IMG/VR virus record: IMGVR_UViG_3300028833_000119
Coordinates: 21,214 to 85,213 of that record
Source: a virus
Lineage: Duplodnaviria; Caudoviricetes
Length of the DNA stretch: 64,000 bases
Strand: one strand, 5' to 3'
The notes below the pieces were generated by a model. That model was not told the DNA's origin, did no database searches, and saw nothing but the letters and a program-made list of their open reading frames with translations. Positions 10,636 through 23,549 of the stretch are shown here, in pieces. The stretch's first letter is position 1. The number at the start of each line of letters is the position of its first letter. The position numbers were made by a program, and so were the translations under genes.

Positions 10636-11085
10636 TTAGAAAGGAAGTCCATTATCGAATTCTACAGGCGTAAACCCTGGATTCTGCGTATAAGTCTGTG
10701 CGGGCGCCTGCTGATAAACAGGAGCCTGTGCGGCGGGAGCGGACGCCTGTGCCTTTGCTTCGGATTCAGCCCTGGTTTCAATCAGGTCAATTTCCGCGTT
10801 ATTGATCTCAACGGCGGTGTGCTTGACATTATCGCTTCCAACATAATCGCGGATCACAAGATCTCCGGACACTCCTACACGGTGACCTTTCCGCAGAAAT
10901 TTCGTCGCGATATCCGCAGTCGCTCCCCATGCGGACACGCGGTAGAAGTTGGTGCCGTACTGATTTGTCTGCTTATCCTTGTTCTTGTTCTGCGCGGCAA
11001 CGCTGAAGTTCGCCACATTGCGACCGTTGAAGTCCTTTACCTCAACATCGCTTGCCATACGACCGATTACAGTAATTCTGTTCAT
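10636..11085 (-). CDS. ssb: Single-stranded DNA-binding protein
   Basis: 'MNRITVIGRMASD..ANFSVA..FYRVSAWG..KGHRVGVSG', C-terminal 'DNGLPF'. Confidence 0.95.
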   Translation of the reverse strand: MNRITVIGRMASDVEVKDFNGRNVANFSVAAQNKNKDKQTNQYGTNFYRVSAWGATADIATKFLRKGHRVGVSGDLVIRDYVGSDNVKHTAVEINNAEIDLIETRAESEAKAQASAPAAQAPVYQQAPAQTYTQNPGFTPVEFDNGLPF

Positions 11086-11097
11086 AAAATTTCTCCT

Positions 11098-12072
11098 TTA
11101 CACATTGAATGCATGATACAGTTTGGTTAATACATCGATATCAGTGACCTGTTTATAATTTGCAGTGCCGCAAATCTCGATCACCTTTGCCTTGGTTCCT
11201 TCCTTGTCCGCAGCTGCAGCGGCAACGATCAGCGGGTCAACCACGGCGAGCGCCTTTGCAACGCGGTCGGAAAGATCGGAAGGAGCGGGGGAGGGAGCGG
11301 GAACTTCCGCAGTCTTTGGCGCAGGGACAGCGCCGGACGAAAGCCATGCATACATCTGTTTGCCGGTATTCTCGTCAATCACAAAATATTTTCCATCAAA
11401 CATTCCGGTACGGTCTTTGGTGGCATTGGCAACATGGTCATAATCCAGCATAAAAGACACAGTAAACTCGTACTCAATGCCTTCTTTCATAACAACGCCC
11501 ATACCGAGAGCTTTGATCTGCTTTTTCCCACTTTCGTTCGTCGTCTGCTGGTATTCCATCTTGGCTCTCATATTTGCTATAATATGAGCGGGAGACTGCA
11601 GCATCGCATCAACAAGCTTGTTGTGCTTCGGGGTGATAGTCCTCCACGCCGTCCACGAATTACCGGAACGCTCGGCGATTTTGCCCTGCTGGTCCAGAGC
11701 GCCGCCGGCTCCTGCCCATGCGTGGGAAAGACTGTCAATGATAATTACATTCATTCCATAGTTTTCCGCCATATGAATAGCATCCACAAAAACATCTGGT
11801 TCAAAAGGCGGAGGAAGCGGAATTGTGTTATACTCGCCAATTACTGTAGCACCAACCTGTTTGCCGACATACAGAGAACCGGAGCCGGATTCCGTATCAA
11901 TAATACAGATCTTGCTCCATATTTCCGCTTCGGAAAGATTCGGATATTCCGCTCTGGTAATACCATAAGCCATCAGAAGCGAGCTCATGGTTTTCCCGGC
12001 TCCTGCGGGGCCTGCGATAGAAACTTTGATACGAACCTGTTCTCTTTGAGCTTTCTTAAACTGAAGCGCCAT
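11098..12072 (-). CDS. AAA-family ATPase (Sak4-like recombination/annealing ATPase)
   Basis: Walker A 'GPAGAGKT', 'IIIDSLSHAW', adjacent to ssb. Confidence 0.8.
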   Translation of the reverse strand: MALQFKKAQREQVRIKVSIAGPAGAGKTMSSLLMAYGITRAEYPNLSEAEIWSKICIIDTESGSGSLYVGKQVGATVIGEYNTIPLPPPFEPDVFVDAIHMAENYGMNVIIIDSLSHAWAGAGGALDQQGKIAERSGNSWTAWRTITPKHNKLVDAMLQSPAHIIANMRAKMEYQQTTNESGKKQIKALGMGVVMKEGIEYEFTVSFMLDYDHVANATKDRTGMFDGKYFVIDENTGKQMYAWLSSGAVPAPKTAEVPAPSPAPSDLSDRVAKALAVVDPLIVAAAAADKEGTKAKVIEICGTANYKQVTDIDVLTKLYHAFNV

Positions 12073-12171
12073 AACTTATTTCTCCTTTTTCGTATTTATT
12101 CGGTTTCCTGTCACTATTTATGGGAACATTTTTGCCTTGTTTGTCTACCAGTTTGAAAAATATTTTTTTTA

Positions 12172-12666
12172 TTAAGCTGCGATAAACTTCAGATAGAACC
12201 CGCGAAGCTTAATCTGCTTTTCTTTGCTCTCATTCTCAACATATTTGGCCATAGGAACATTGCCCCAACCAAATGCTTTTGCTGCCTGTGTAATAGACGG
12301 GTACTCGCCAATCTTTTTGCCGTTCGGAGCATATTTGCCGATCTTCCTGGGCTTCCGACTGTGAGATTTTTCCGCAGGGACAGTATCCTTGGCTTTTTCA
12401 GCTTCCTGTTTCAGCCTGATAAATTCCGGAACTGGCCTTTCCGCAGGTTCTTCGGTGATTGCAGGGTTGCTGTCATCTTTTACAAGCTCAAGGGACTCAA
12501 CAGCCATTTTGATTGCGGCATGTTTATCGTTCAGCTTGTTAATTTCCGCTTCCAGAACACCAAGCCGGAAACGAACAGCGTTTGCCTCTTCATTTCTTTC
12601 TTTCAGCGTTTTCGCGATCGAGGCCTCTTCTTCTTTTAACTGAGCAACCATTAAAGAAAGTTCCAT
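12172..12666 (-). CDS. Coiled-coil protein with C-terminal NUMOD1-like HTH
   Basis: ATG at 12666 with RBS; 'GKKIGEYPSITQAAKAFG'. Confidence 0.6.
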   Translation of the reverse strand: MELSLMVAQLKEEEASIAKTLKERNEEANAVRFRLGVLEAEINKLNDKHAAIKMAVESLELVKDDSNPAITEEPAERPVPEFIRLKQEAEKAKDTVPAEKSHSRKPRKIGKYAPNGKKIGEYPSITQAAKAFGWGNVPMAKYVENESKEKQIKLRGFYLKFIAA

Positions 12667-12820
12667 ATTGTTTTTCTCCTTTCTAATCGTACAATAATAC
12701 AAACTGTTCCGTTGCGTCCGTACACAACCGTCACATTCGTTACAATTTTTATAAAAATTTCCGGCGGAAAAAAAACACGGCCCACGTTTTTGTGAGTCGT
12801 GTGAGTTTCTTCCTATTATA

Positions 12821-13735
12821 TTATCTGCCCCAGGCAAGGGAGTTGACAGCATCATGCCGCTGCTCCGCAGTGGAGTGGTCGTACCGGTTGGTGATGGCCA
12901 GGGACTTGTGGTTCGCAAGGTCCCTGGCAACCGCTCCGCCGCCGATCTTCTCGACCGCAGATACGAACGAGTGCCTGAATACGTGCAAGCCACCTTGATA
13001 TCCCTTATCCAGAATTCCGGCCTTCTTCTGCTTGTTCGTCATAGCGTACCAGAGCTGGTTTGGGCTGCATGGCATACCATGCGTGGTTATGAAAAGCGGA
13101 TCGCTGTCCTTGATGTCCTTCCGCGTCTTCAGGTACGTCTCCACATACTTGTACGCAAATTCCGCCACATCCACATCCTTGATGGCGCCGCCCTTACGGC
13201 GAACACGCACATATCCGTGCTTGTAATTCCGCAGATGCCCCACCGTCAGCTGGCAAAGCTCTGATGCGCGGAGGCCTGTGCCGATAAACATGGCGATGAT
13301 CGCCCTGTCACGCTTCTTCAGGTCGGAGTCGCGCTTTGGAATTGCCAGCAGCTTTGAGATGTCCTCATCGGAGTAGTACTTATCCTTCGGCTTCTCCTCA
13401 TCCGGGATCTGATCATAAGAGGGGAGCCGCATCGTCTTCAGCACGTTCGACACATCCGGAATGTCCGGATAGATCGTATGTGCCCAGCGAAGGAACGGAT
13501 TAATTGTTACCACATAGTTATTGATTGTGGACGGCTTCTTGTCCTTCTTGAACGCATTGAACCAGCGCTGCAGTGAAGCGCCGGTCAACCCGTCGATGGA
13601 TTCCTCGTTCATCTTAACACCGAAGTCCTCCATCTGGCGGAAGACCCGCTGAAGAACGTCGATATGGTGTGCCACAGAGGTTTCTGCGATACTGCAGGAC
13701 TCGACATAGAAATCGATCATCGGATACATACACAT
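12821..13735 (-). CDS. Tyrosine recombinase/integrase
   Basis: Catalytic residues 'GLRASE', 'HVFRH', 'ANH', 'RYDH'. Confidence 0.92.
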   Translation of the reverse strand: MCMYPMIDFYVESCSIAETSVAHHIDVLQRVFRQMEDFGVKMNEESIDGLTGASLQRWFNAFKKDKKPSTINNYVVTINPFLRWAHTIYPDIPDVSNVLKTMRLPSYDQIPDEEKPKDKYYSDEDISKLLAIPKRDSDLKKRDRAIIAMFIGTGLRASELCQLTVGHLRNYKHGYVRVRRKGGAIKDVDVAEFAYKYVETYLKTRKDIKDSDPLFITTHGMPCSPNQLWYAMTNKQKKAGILDKGYQGGLHVFRHSFVSAVEKIGGGAVARDLANHKSLAITNRYDHSTAEQRHDAVNSLAWGR

Positions 13736-13783
13736 AAAAATACTCCTTTCTCAGTCGGTGGTGTGGTGGTTCATGGTTTGCAT

Positions 13784-13812
13784 ATTATACCATATTTTAC
13801 ATCGTTTGTCAA
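13784..13812 (-). promoter_or_regulatory. Consensus sigmaA promoter for the recombinase
   Basis: TTGACA-N17-TATAAT with extended TG on the minus strand. Confidence 0.85.
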
Positions 13813-16800
13813 TTCAGATAAACCTGACTTACACTTTCCAACTGAATGCAGAACTTTTCGCCGTTGGAAATGAAATATACATTTCCATTCCTCACACAAA
13901 ACTCCATATTATCGATTTCCTTCCGCACAAACTCATCATTGTTGTTCCTGTAGTCGATCATCATTACTTTTTCCATATTAATTTCTCCTTACGCAATTTC
14001 AACACGTTTCGCATTACTGTTTATCAGGTCGGTCAGTTTGGTTACAAGATTAGTCCTCGTCTCAATGGCAAGGTAACCAAGATTCTTGACAACGTCGCTG
14101 TCTGTTTCTTCAATTTCAATTCTGTATGTAACAATTTCATGATTCAATGCCTGTACGATCCATCCAAGCTCTGTTGGACTCAGCGTTTGGGAAGGACATG
14201 ATTTTACTTTCGGCATACTCAACACTCCCTTGCAGATTCAAGGCATTCGATCGTATCCTCAACAGAAGCCAGCGCATCATCCAGATTCTCGACAGCTTCT
14301 TCCATCATCTCATACCGGTCAGATCCTTCCAGGGACTCCGGCAGGTTGTCAAATGCTTCCTCTTCCTGATCATGTATGTTTTCAATCTGGTCGCGGATAT
14401 CAGCCAGCGCTACAAGCAGAGCATCAATCACTTTCCGTCTCGCTTTATTCATCTTACTTGTCCTCCTCAAAAATCACATGTCCTGTATATTCCTGTGTGT
14501 CACCATTCTTCCAGCAAACAAACCGGTCAGGCGTCATCTCATACTCGTAACGATAAACAACATCGACATAATGGATACTTGAGGTCTGATTAAGTATTGT
14601 GCGAACGCGGTTCATGACTTCAATTGGTTTCATGTCGCTTGCAAAAAAGAAAACAGCGTGATGATCTTCACGCTCATCAATATCACGATCACTGATTCCA
14701 AGGAAGTCCTCAAACAGAACCAGAATTCCGGTCGTAACTTTCTTGTTGCCTTCCATCTGGATTTCTACATTATAATAAGCATTCATATCACATCACCCTT
14801 TCAATTTCTTCTTCGGTATCCCAGCGCACAATCTTTGCGGTGGCAAACTTCCCGGCGCGGAACTCCGCGTAGACGAAATCCCGCATGTCTCCCAGGCTGT
14901 CCGACCTGTATCCGCAACGGTAATATTTCCTGCTTCCTTTCTGCCGGTACAGCGCAGTATAATAGGTAGGTTCTGTTGCCCATACAGCTTTCTGGCTCAT
15001 AACCATTCCTCCGTTTCATCATCGTATACTTCGATGCCGTCATAGTCCGGCCACTCTTCAATGTCGTCTTCCGAGAAATAATCCCGGAAATCTGACTTCG
15101 CTTCCTGAAGGCTGTTTGCACGGGTGTACTTATACCCCCATGTCCTGCCTTCCTCGCAACAGAGATAACAAACCGGAATCCGATACTGGTTTTTCATTGC
15201 GCTTTCCTCCTTATTGTGATAAAATTTCCATGACCCCTTTCTTGCGTGGTGGCTTGAAAGGTTGGTGTTCATGGTTGGGAGTCGGAGTGGTGTCCGGCTC
15301 CCTTTTTATTTCTTTCTTTCGCCGGCACGAACCATAATGGTTCCGCGCTTTCCTTCGTGGAGCAGACGGTCAAGTGTATTCATATGCGGAAGCATCCGCG
15401 CTCTCGGAGCCCTGGGTCGGAGCGTCGGCGGAATATACGGTTTCGGATCTCCGGCATGATGACGTCCGGCAAGCCTGTAGTATTCCTCTGCCTGTCTCTG
15501 CCTGCGCGCCTCATCCAGCGCGTCCATCATCAGGTGTCTGGCAAAAATTCCTCCGATAATGAACGCGCACACGAACATGGCGCCGAGGATAATGATTGCA
15601 AACACGATGTACATCAGCGACTCCTCCTTTTTCTGTACGGAAATACGTTCAGATGCGTCTGGTCAACCTTGAAGCTGTAGTCCATCAGGTCGCCGGCATA
15701 ATTAAAAGCGAGAACCGTGCTGTAATTCTCGCCTTCAATTTCTGTTCCGTGCTTCTTCGCGAACTTTTCGAGCTTTGCCCAGTCCGAACACTCCTTAAAG
15801 AAGTGATACACGAGCTTGATAAACTCGCTAACATCGTCCGACAGCAGATGTTCCTGCAGTTCGTGGTCAAACTTGGTATTTGCCCAGCCATTATCCGTCA
15901 TTTCTGCGCTGAAACACCCAATGGGTGTTCGCTCATACTGTTTATACTCTACAGGATCATATTTCATTCAGATCAAACTCCTTTCCGGGAGCAAGTTCCC
16001 AATTCCACACTTCCTCATCGGAAAGTTTTCGCATATAGATCAGCTTTCCCCATGCTTCACGGTCAATCTCGCGCACATACATCCGCTCACCGAAGTCATT
16101 GAGATCCGTAAGGCCGTCGATCGGCATCGCGCCGGGAGTCGGAGGCCTCATCAACATGTAATACACATAACGTTTACTCATCTTCCTCATCCTCCACCCA
16201 TATATCATTCAGTTCCGCCTGACTGAACACAATTTCCTCGGCCTGCGTGTCATAATCGTCCGCGTAATACTCCTCATCAACCTCATCCATGCATTCGCTG
16301 ACAAAATCTTCCTCATCAAAGTCTTCCGTGAAACGCAAGTTCTCGGAATTTATCTCGATCTGATGCCGGATGCAGGATTCCCATGTGTCTCTGCGGATTT
16401 CCTCGTATGCGAGGCTCATTTCTGCCGGCGTCAGAACAATTTCGAGCTTTACGCCGTTGATTTCTCTTGTGATCTTCATACTTACCACCCTGCCTTTCTC
16501 TTATTGTCGTCCGCCTCACGGAACCACTCCATGATCTGCCGGACTTTCTCCGTGTTCGGATAAACCCACACTGTCATTCCGTCCTCGTTCTTCTCCCAAG
16601 AGAGATGATGTACGCCAAGGCTCCATAAGGTCTGCTCCAGTTTCCGGTTCATCGTGCGAAGTGTTGCCATATCATTTTCCCTCCTCATACATTTTGTCGA
16701 TCTGTTTTGCTGTCAACCACTGGTCAAACACCGGATCTTCATGACCCGGCGCCCAGACATGAACCTTCACAACAGGTTCCTCATCCGGATCGCTCTCGTC

Positions 16801-17617
16801 CACCTCAAGCAGGGCGATATCCACACATTTTCCTTTGTGGTTGATTGAGAAAACAAAGCCCGGATAACCTTCAGCGGTAAATCCGGACTTCTTGATCTGA
16901 ATGGTTCCGAGTGTGGTTTCAATTTCAAGCGCAGGTTTCTTACTCATCCTTGTCATCCTCCTTCACAAAGATCACATGGTCCAAATCCAAACCGGTTGAC
17001 TCGCTGATTGCCTGTGCAATAGCATCTGCAGGTTCACTTGTGTCCGTATTCTCTTCATCCACATAAGCGAAGGTACAATTTCCGCCACCCCAATAGCCGA
17101 CCGCAACAATCAGCTCACGAGGGGAGTTGTCGAAGAATCCATCGATACGCTTTACGCCGTACCAGGCATCATCCTCATCGCAGAGCGCAAACCGTTTGCA
17201 CTTGCCGGACAGCATCCGGGTTGCAATGATCTTTCCGGCGTCGGTGATCGTTGCGTTCCATTCTTTCTGATCAGGTTTGTAATCTCCGGCAAGTTCATTC
17301 AGCGCCTTTTCGATCGCGTACAGCGTGGAGTTGCTGAAGACTCCATATTGTTCTGCGTATGGCGCACCACTTTTGCGGTATGTTCCATCCTCAGTCGCAT
17401 CCATATATGCTGCAATCTCCTGCGCCATCTCGTAAGCCATCTGCTCACGGGGCTTCGGAGGATTTGACGGAACAGAATGGAGCGTTTCTGTTCCATAATC
17501 CTCATCTTCGCTGGTGAATGAACAGTTCAGCATGGAATACATTCCGGTATTCACATACTCGATTGCGGTATCGAAATCATAATCATGGGCAAAGAACTCA
17601 ACAGACCTCTTCATCAT
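13809..17617 (-). CDS. Thirteen small early hypothetical ORFs (13809-13976, 13989-14216, 14219-14452, 14454-14786, 14788-15000, 14997-15197, 15306-15614, 15614-15967, 15957-16208, 16174-16479, 16482-16670, 16672-16956, 16940-17617)
   Basis: Co-oriented, abutting ORFs with GGAG RBSs and TAA/TGA stops; many are acidic. Confidence 0.75.
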
Positions 17618-17627
17618 TCATTCCTCC

Positions 17628-18710
17628 TTACGCTACATTCAGTGTGCTGACAGCATTCAGACGATTCCACTTGGTCGGTGACATTCCGAGGATGTCATAC
17701 CCAACAGACTCCAATTCAGTACTGCGGTCGTAGGATTCCACATCCTGCGCAAACCTTGTGACCGCATTCGCCATACCGTACAGACTCAGATCCCCACCAC
17801 GGATCAGGTGATCGAGGATACCCTGGCTTTCCGCCTTGTTGAAACCGAAGTCTGTTCCGGCAAGCTCCACCATCGCAGGGATATTTGCCGTCACGATCTT
17901 CGCATCCTTCGCCTGACGCATCATATCAACCACACGGTCGAACCGCGTCTGGTCCGCAATTGCCTTAACAGTGTCACGCACCTTCGCAAGGAACGCATTG
18001 TCGTCCAACTTCAGCGTTTCGTCACTGTACAGCGTGAAGTCCTCGCTCGCCACATTTCCGCGCCCAACATGACGGCGCTTCGTGGACGCATCGTTGACCA
18101 CCATACCGTTGGAGCAAACCAGCCGGTATACAAGGGGCTGAATTTCCACACTGCCGGCGCCGACTTCGCTGTTGCTGATGATTATTCCGCTCTGGACGAT
18201 GTCGCCAGGGACAACCTCTGCTGTCAGTCGAGGATTCACAACCTTGATATACATCTTCCGGTCGGTCAGTTCGCAGGATTCGATCTTCGCATCCTGCATA
18301 TCAGCAATGATCGGCAAAACGGTCATCGCGATAGGGTAGTTATCGATCCGGCGGTACTGCTTGGAGAGGAACGCACGGACATCGTTATCGAGCGTCCGGA
18401 TCATCCGTTCCTTGGGATCTTTCTGGAACCAACTGTTCACGTTCTGGGACAGCAGCTCCGGATTTTCCCGGCGCATCTTGTCATAGTAGGCTTTCGGAAT
18501 TCCGAGCGCCGTACCGATCTGCGAATGGGCGATGTCATTCACGCCGAGGATCGTGGTGGTGTTGGTCTGGTCATTGGTCAGTGACAGCATTCCGCCATCC
18601 GTGCCGTAGTCAAAGGTTATCTTGCGAGTATCAACGAGGTAGTCCTTCTTAGCGTTCATCTGCCGGGTCAGTTCCTGGGCAAAATCCATCAGCGTCTTAC
18701 CAAACTTCAT
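17628..18710 (-). CDS. DUF932-family protein
   Basis: 'RTLDNDVRAFLSKQYRRIDN..GIIISNSEVGAGS..RLVCSNGM' pattern recalled for DUF932-like mobile-element proteins. Confidence 0.7.
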   Translation of the reverse strand: MKFGKTLMDFAQELTRQMNAKKDYLVDTRKITFDYGTDGGMLSLTNDQTNTTTILGVNDIAHSQIGTALGIPKAYYDKMRRENPELLSQNVNSWFQKDPKERMIRTLDNDVRAFLSKQYRRIDNYPIAMTVLPIIADMQDAKIESCELTDRKMYIKVVNPRLTAEVVPGDIVQSGIIISNSEVGAGSVEIQPLVYRLVCSNGMVVNDASTKRRHVGRGNVASEDFTLYSDETLKLDDNAFLAKVRDTVKAIADQTRFDRVVDMMRQAKDAKIVTANIPAMVELAGTDFGFNKAESQGILDHLIRGGDLSLYGMANAVTRFAQDVESYDRSTELESVGYDILGMSPTKWNRLNAVSTLNVA

Positions 18711-18730
18711 AATTTTTCTCCTCCTCTTTC

Positions 18731-21700
18731 TCAATACCACAGGTCAACAACAGTGTCAGTGACAGCGAACTTTATCAGATCAGTGTGCGCATTCAGAAAG
18801 TCCAACATGCTCCGCTCACAGGCTCTCTTGAAGCTCTCCACTGTTCTGCGCTTCGGGATAAACATCTCATCGTCGAGCAATTTGTACGGATTGTCCTTTA
18901 CCCAAAGGTCTAACACCTCATCCGATTCACCGAATACATACACATCATTCGTACATTCATGGTATTCCGGATCAAATCCACCACCATTGCACCGGAATTC
19001 CACCAGAATCTTTCCAACATGCATTGCACCGAACACATCGGTGTCCTGTTTGTCGAACCGGATCTTCTCAAAACCGTCTTCAGTCAGCTTCCAGACAAAG
19101 TTCAGATCGTACTCATCACGTTCATACTCGTAACGTTCTCCTCCACGATATTCCTGGTGCTGGTTGATCCAGTCCATCGCTTTCTGGTAACCAGTGCCGT
19201 CCTCGTCCGTGCTGATTCCGAAGTATCTGGGTTTGTGTTCCAACTGATCTGTGACAACGTGCGTGTAAACTTTCATCGTGATTCCTCCTCATCCGGCAAA
19301 TTCTTGTCGTGAATATACTGATCAAGCACAGCGTCCAACACGGTCTTTTTCTCAATTCCTCTCTCGCTCACTTCGTACAATCCGGAGTCTGCCATGTCAT
19401 ATTCAAGCCAATTTTCCGGTATATAACCGCCCTCGTCCCAATCACACGGCTCAAATTGCTTTGTTTCAAGTTTGACCTGCACGGATCGTGGCAACTCCGC
19501 GTATTCCACATCACATCCACGACCAAACTCCGCCAACTGCCTGTCTACAATCTCCTGGAGCTGTTTGTCTGTTACTTCAATCTCAACGCTTAATCTCATG
19601 TGCAGTTTTGCCATCGCTCATGCCGCCTTTCTCAACTGTGCATGAATTCCGAACTGGTTCCAACAAACATCCTCGACCTCGTCATCGGTCAGCACCTTAA
19701 CCACCTTGATCCGGTCGGTGATCAGCCAGTTGCCGTATGCATTTGGATTTGTCGTGAACCAGTAGTACCCATGATCCGGCAAGTGCTTCAAACAAGCACG
19801 TTGCGCACTGAATTTTCCATTCAAGATTCCGTTTTTATGAGCCTCCGGCGTGTAATCCTTGCTATCACACACTTCGCACAGCGCCCATACCGTATCCGGT
19901 CGCTGATACTTGACTTTGCCGTTCTCTTTAATGCCGATATGCGGAGCGAACGGCGCCTCCGACAGATGCCATCCGGGACGGTAGGCAAGGGGGCCAAGCC
20001 TGCTCCTTACCTTGCCGTTCATATCCCGGATTCCTTCCTTTGCCTTGAGCCATTCTCCAACCGGGATTGTTTCGTTGGCAAAAACAAAGAGCGGATGTAA
20101 CTTTCCGCTCTTATCCATACGAAACTGCTTGTATGCGATCATCGTTTCATCATCCTTTCTGCGTTTGTGGTGGTGGTGTTCGTTGGCTAATATCGAAGTC
20201 ATTCCTCCTTCTTTTTCTTCGACTCTTGTAACTTCTCTACAAATCGCTTCGCTTCATATCCTTCAGAAAATCCTATGCTCCATGCACCTCCATCATGCAA
20301 ATACATAATCAGAAAAATAGTTCCCATCACAAGGACTCCAAGAACAACCCCGACGATCAACGCAAGGAGATCAAACGTCCATGTAACCATCTCACCAAAC
20401 CTCCTCTGCACTCTGCGGATTCTCGTAATGCCGTCCGTATTCTACCTGCGCCGACACGCTGACCCGGTAGCCTTCATTCTCCGGGAATTTTTGCTTGATA
20501 ATAGGGAACACTCGCTCCAGATCCCACTTGTTTGCGATACTCCGCTTTGCCGTTGCGAATAAGTGTATCCCGTTCTGGGAAACGTTGATCTCGTACCAAC
20601 TTGCGATATCCATACTAATCACTCCTTTGCATATTTCGCATAGTCATCGTTGCTCTTCTGAAGCGTCTTCTGCATTTTCTCCATGCGTTCCGCCAGAACG
20701 TGCTTTATATAACCTGCAATCGCTTTCTCGATATCGCGCTCAAGTTCCGGATTCCACGCATCAACAATCGCCCTCATTGACTTGCTGAATCCGCCGGTGC
20801 GACAGGCACTCTCGAACGATTCCTGCTTATCGCAATCCATCGTTCCAATGTAGTAACCGCCGGAGTAAATCTTATCCGTATAGAATGTGATGCCGGCTGT
20901 CCGCCTGTATCCGTCATCTTCGCTGTAGATGACCCTGTTCAGCACCACGAACGTCGGCTTATTGTTCGGCGTCCGCATAGCATCCGCCTCGATCAGCACT
21001 TTCAGCATCTCATCCAGAAAGATTCCGATCAACTGTAACTTGTTCTTGCGTTCCTGCTGTACCTGCGCTTCCTGCCGTTCAACCGTCCGCTCAACCTCGA
21101 CTTCCAGTGCGTTGATCCGCTGCGCTTCCGCAATAAGTTCATCCATCAGTTTGCTCATTTCTCATTCTCCTTTCAGATACTCGTTGGTGTACATCGGCAG
21201 GAGTCTCAGATCGTCCTCGCTAATCTTCTCAGAAACTTTCGTTTCGGATCCATCGAAACCATCCAGAAGCTCGTCGTTCACATCACGCTCCATCTCCATG
21301 TCCGTGTCCTTCTTCTCCCAGAACAACCGCCGTGCTTCTTCGGCGGTTTCCGCTTCCACAATGAAGCTCGCCTTGTAGGTTTCGGTGATCGTGACCTTGA
21401 AATTCTTCATATCAAATATCCTCCTCGCTGATCTCGGCATTATCCGGATCGCACACAGAAGCGTCCTCTTCATACGCACGTCCATAGTCCCAATCGCCGT
21501 GATACTGCACATCTTCAGTAAGATCGCACATCATCTGATTTATGCCGTGCCTGCTTTCCGACCACGCATCAAAGATACGATCGGCGTCTTCCTTGTTCTT
21601 CGCCTTGATGGTATACTCATGGGTCATCGTCAGCGTAACTTCCTTGCTGAACACCTTGTACGGCTCTTCCTTCTTCAGTTCGTCCTTATGCTTTTCGATC

Positions 21701-22579
21701 ACGGCATTCATAGCCGGGAAGATGTTGCTTCCCATGTTTTCGTCCATCGCATCCTTTTCCTGCATAACTTCGTCAACCATCTTGCCAAAGAGTTCTGCAG
21801 GGATCTCGTCGATGATGTTCTCTTCCTGCATCAGACGCTCGTTCAGCATTTCCCGTGTGTTGTACCGCTCCGCTTCGTAATGCGCATCCAGAATCTCGCC
21901 ATCGGTCAGGTCGATTACAACGTCCGTGCCCAGAATATTCCGCTTAATCTGCATAATCATTTCTTATTCCTCCTCTTCTCCGTCCAGTTCTTCTGCGATC
22001 ACATACTCAGCAGTCAGCCAGAAGGATTCCATAAAGCTATCGTTATCGTTCAGCGCATCGTCGAACCGTTCTGCCGTGTTCCGCACCCATTCTTCGTCGT
22101 TTAGCACACGACGCAATGTCTTCCGCGATACCTCGATTCCGTGGTCGATATATACCGGCTCGTCTTCCGGTTCATCCTCGCCGATGAAATCTTCCAGTTT
22201 TGACTTGATATCTTCCATGTTGTAGTACAGGCGTCTTGCCCGGTAGACCTGTTCAATTTCCTCATCCGTCAGCTTAATTACCTGCCACTGTGTGCATTGC
22301 GTTCCTTCTGCAATCTTCCGCTTCAGTTCCATTTCCATCTCAATGCTCCTCCTTCTCAATCAGTCCGTATGCGATACACAGTTCCTCAAACTCTCCGGCA
22401 AGGTGATCGTAATCTTCGCCATAGATGATTGCGCAATCTTCCGGCGCTTCGCCATCTGCAATCGCCTGATCACGATCATCGCAAGGGATATCATCCGCAG
22501 TAATTCCTTTGCTCTCCAACCAATCTTCCACAATGTCCACCATAGTTCCGAAAAATTCCATCCGTTCGCTGTGATCCAT
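18731..22579 (-). CDS. Ten early hypothetical ORFs (18731-19276, 19273-19614, 19618-20142, 20199-20411, 20392-20622, 20619-21158, 21162-21410, 21412-21960, 21964-22338, 22340-22579)
   Basis: Abutting ORFs with RBSs; several strongly acidic. Confidence 0.75.
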
Positions 22580-22633
22580 AAAAATCCCTCCTCACTTCTT
22601 ATGGGAACATTTTCTGTTACGAATTAATTACGA

Positions 22634-23443
22634 TTATTTTAATTCTTCATAAATATCGAACACATCGTTCTTCTTGTAGCACACCAGACAGGATTTGCAG
22701 CTCCGTCCACCGCAGTTAATCACGATTTCCGGATGATCTGCCAGATATTCCTTGCTGAACACTGTAAACCGATGATCAACCCACTCGCGGATACATTCCG
22801 GCACAGGATCGATCACATTGATTCGCAGACTGCTCCACACAAACATGACATTCTTCGGTTTGCCTTCCAGCCGGAACGCTTCTGCCCAGATTCCGGCATT
22901 CTTACTCCAGATTGCGCATGGAAGATAACCAGGGCAACTCCGCAGAAGATTCCGTGCTTCCGTCACGTTTTCAACATCGCCGAAACTCTGTACCCGATAA
23001 AAAAGAGCGTTGCCGAGATTCAGCTTCGCCCATATCTTTTTCGGAATCAGTACGTTCCGCAGTATGTATCCGTTTAATTTGTTCCGGTTGCTCAATCCTG
23101 CATACTGTCGTTGCATCGCTTCGGCATAACAGCTTGCGCAGATGATATCTGTCCAACCTTGCTTCGCAATTTCCTCCATAGCCATCTTCATCCGGGCGAT
23201 GCAGTACACATTATCGTGTACTTCCGTGCTGACGGATGCTCCGCCGTCAAGTTTGCTGTTGTTTTCATCACTCTTGTGAAACACAATCCAGATTGCGGTC
23301 ACAAGCACGATATATTCCGCAACATTCAGCTTGCCTTTCCTGAGATATTTCTCCACAAGCGGATTTACCATTTCCGCAACCTTGCTAACCATCTTCCCGA
23401 ATGGTTTACCCTTGTACGTGGTGGCTTTCTTGAGATCGTTCAT
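22634..23443 (-). CDS. GP88-like phage protein
   Basis: 'ICASCYA' CxxC and 'FYRVQSFGD' resembling the GP88 family motif. Confidence 0.55.
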   Translation of the reverse strand: MNDLKKATTYKGKPFGKMVSKVAEMVNPLVEKYLRKGKLNVAEYIVLVTAIWIVFHKSDENNSKLDGGASVSTEVHDNVYCIARMKMAMEEIAKQGWTDIICASCYAEAMQRQYAGLSNRNKLNGYILRNVLIPKKIWAKLNLGNALFYRVQSFGDVENVTEARNLLRSCPGYLPCAIWSKNAGIWAEAFRLEGKPKNVMFVWSSLRINVIDPVPECIREWVDHRFTVFSKEYLADHPEIVINCGGRSCKSCLVCYKKNDVFDIYEELK

Positions 23444-23549
23444 GGTGTAATTCCTCCTTTGTGTAGTGTGAAATAATCTCTGACACAATATCCTCGTATC
23501 AAATATATCGTGTCACAAAAAATGTACCGGATTCGTTACATCCGGCACA

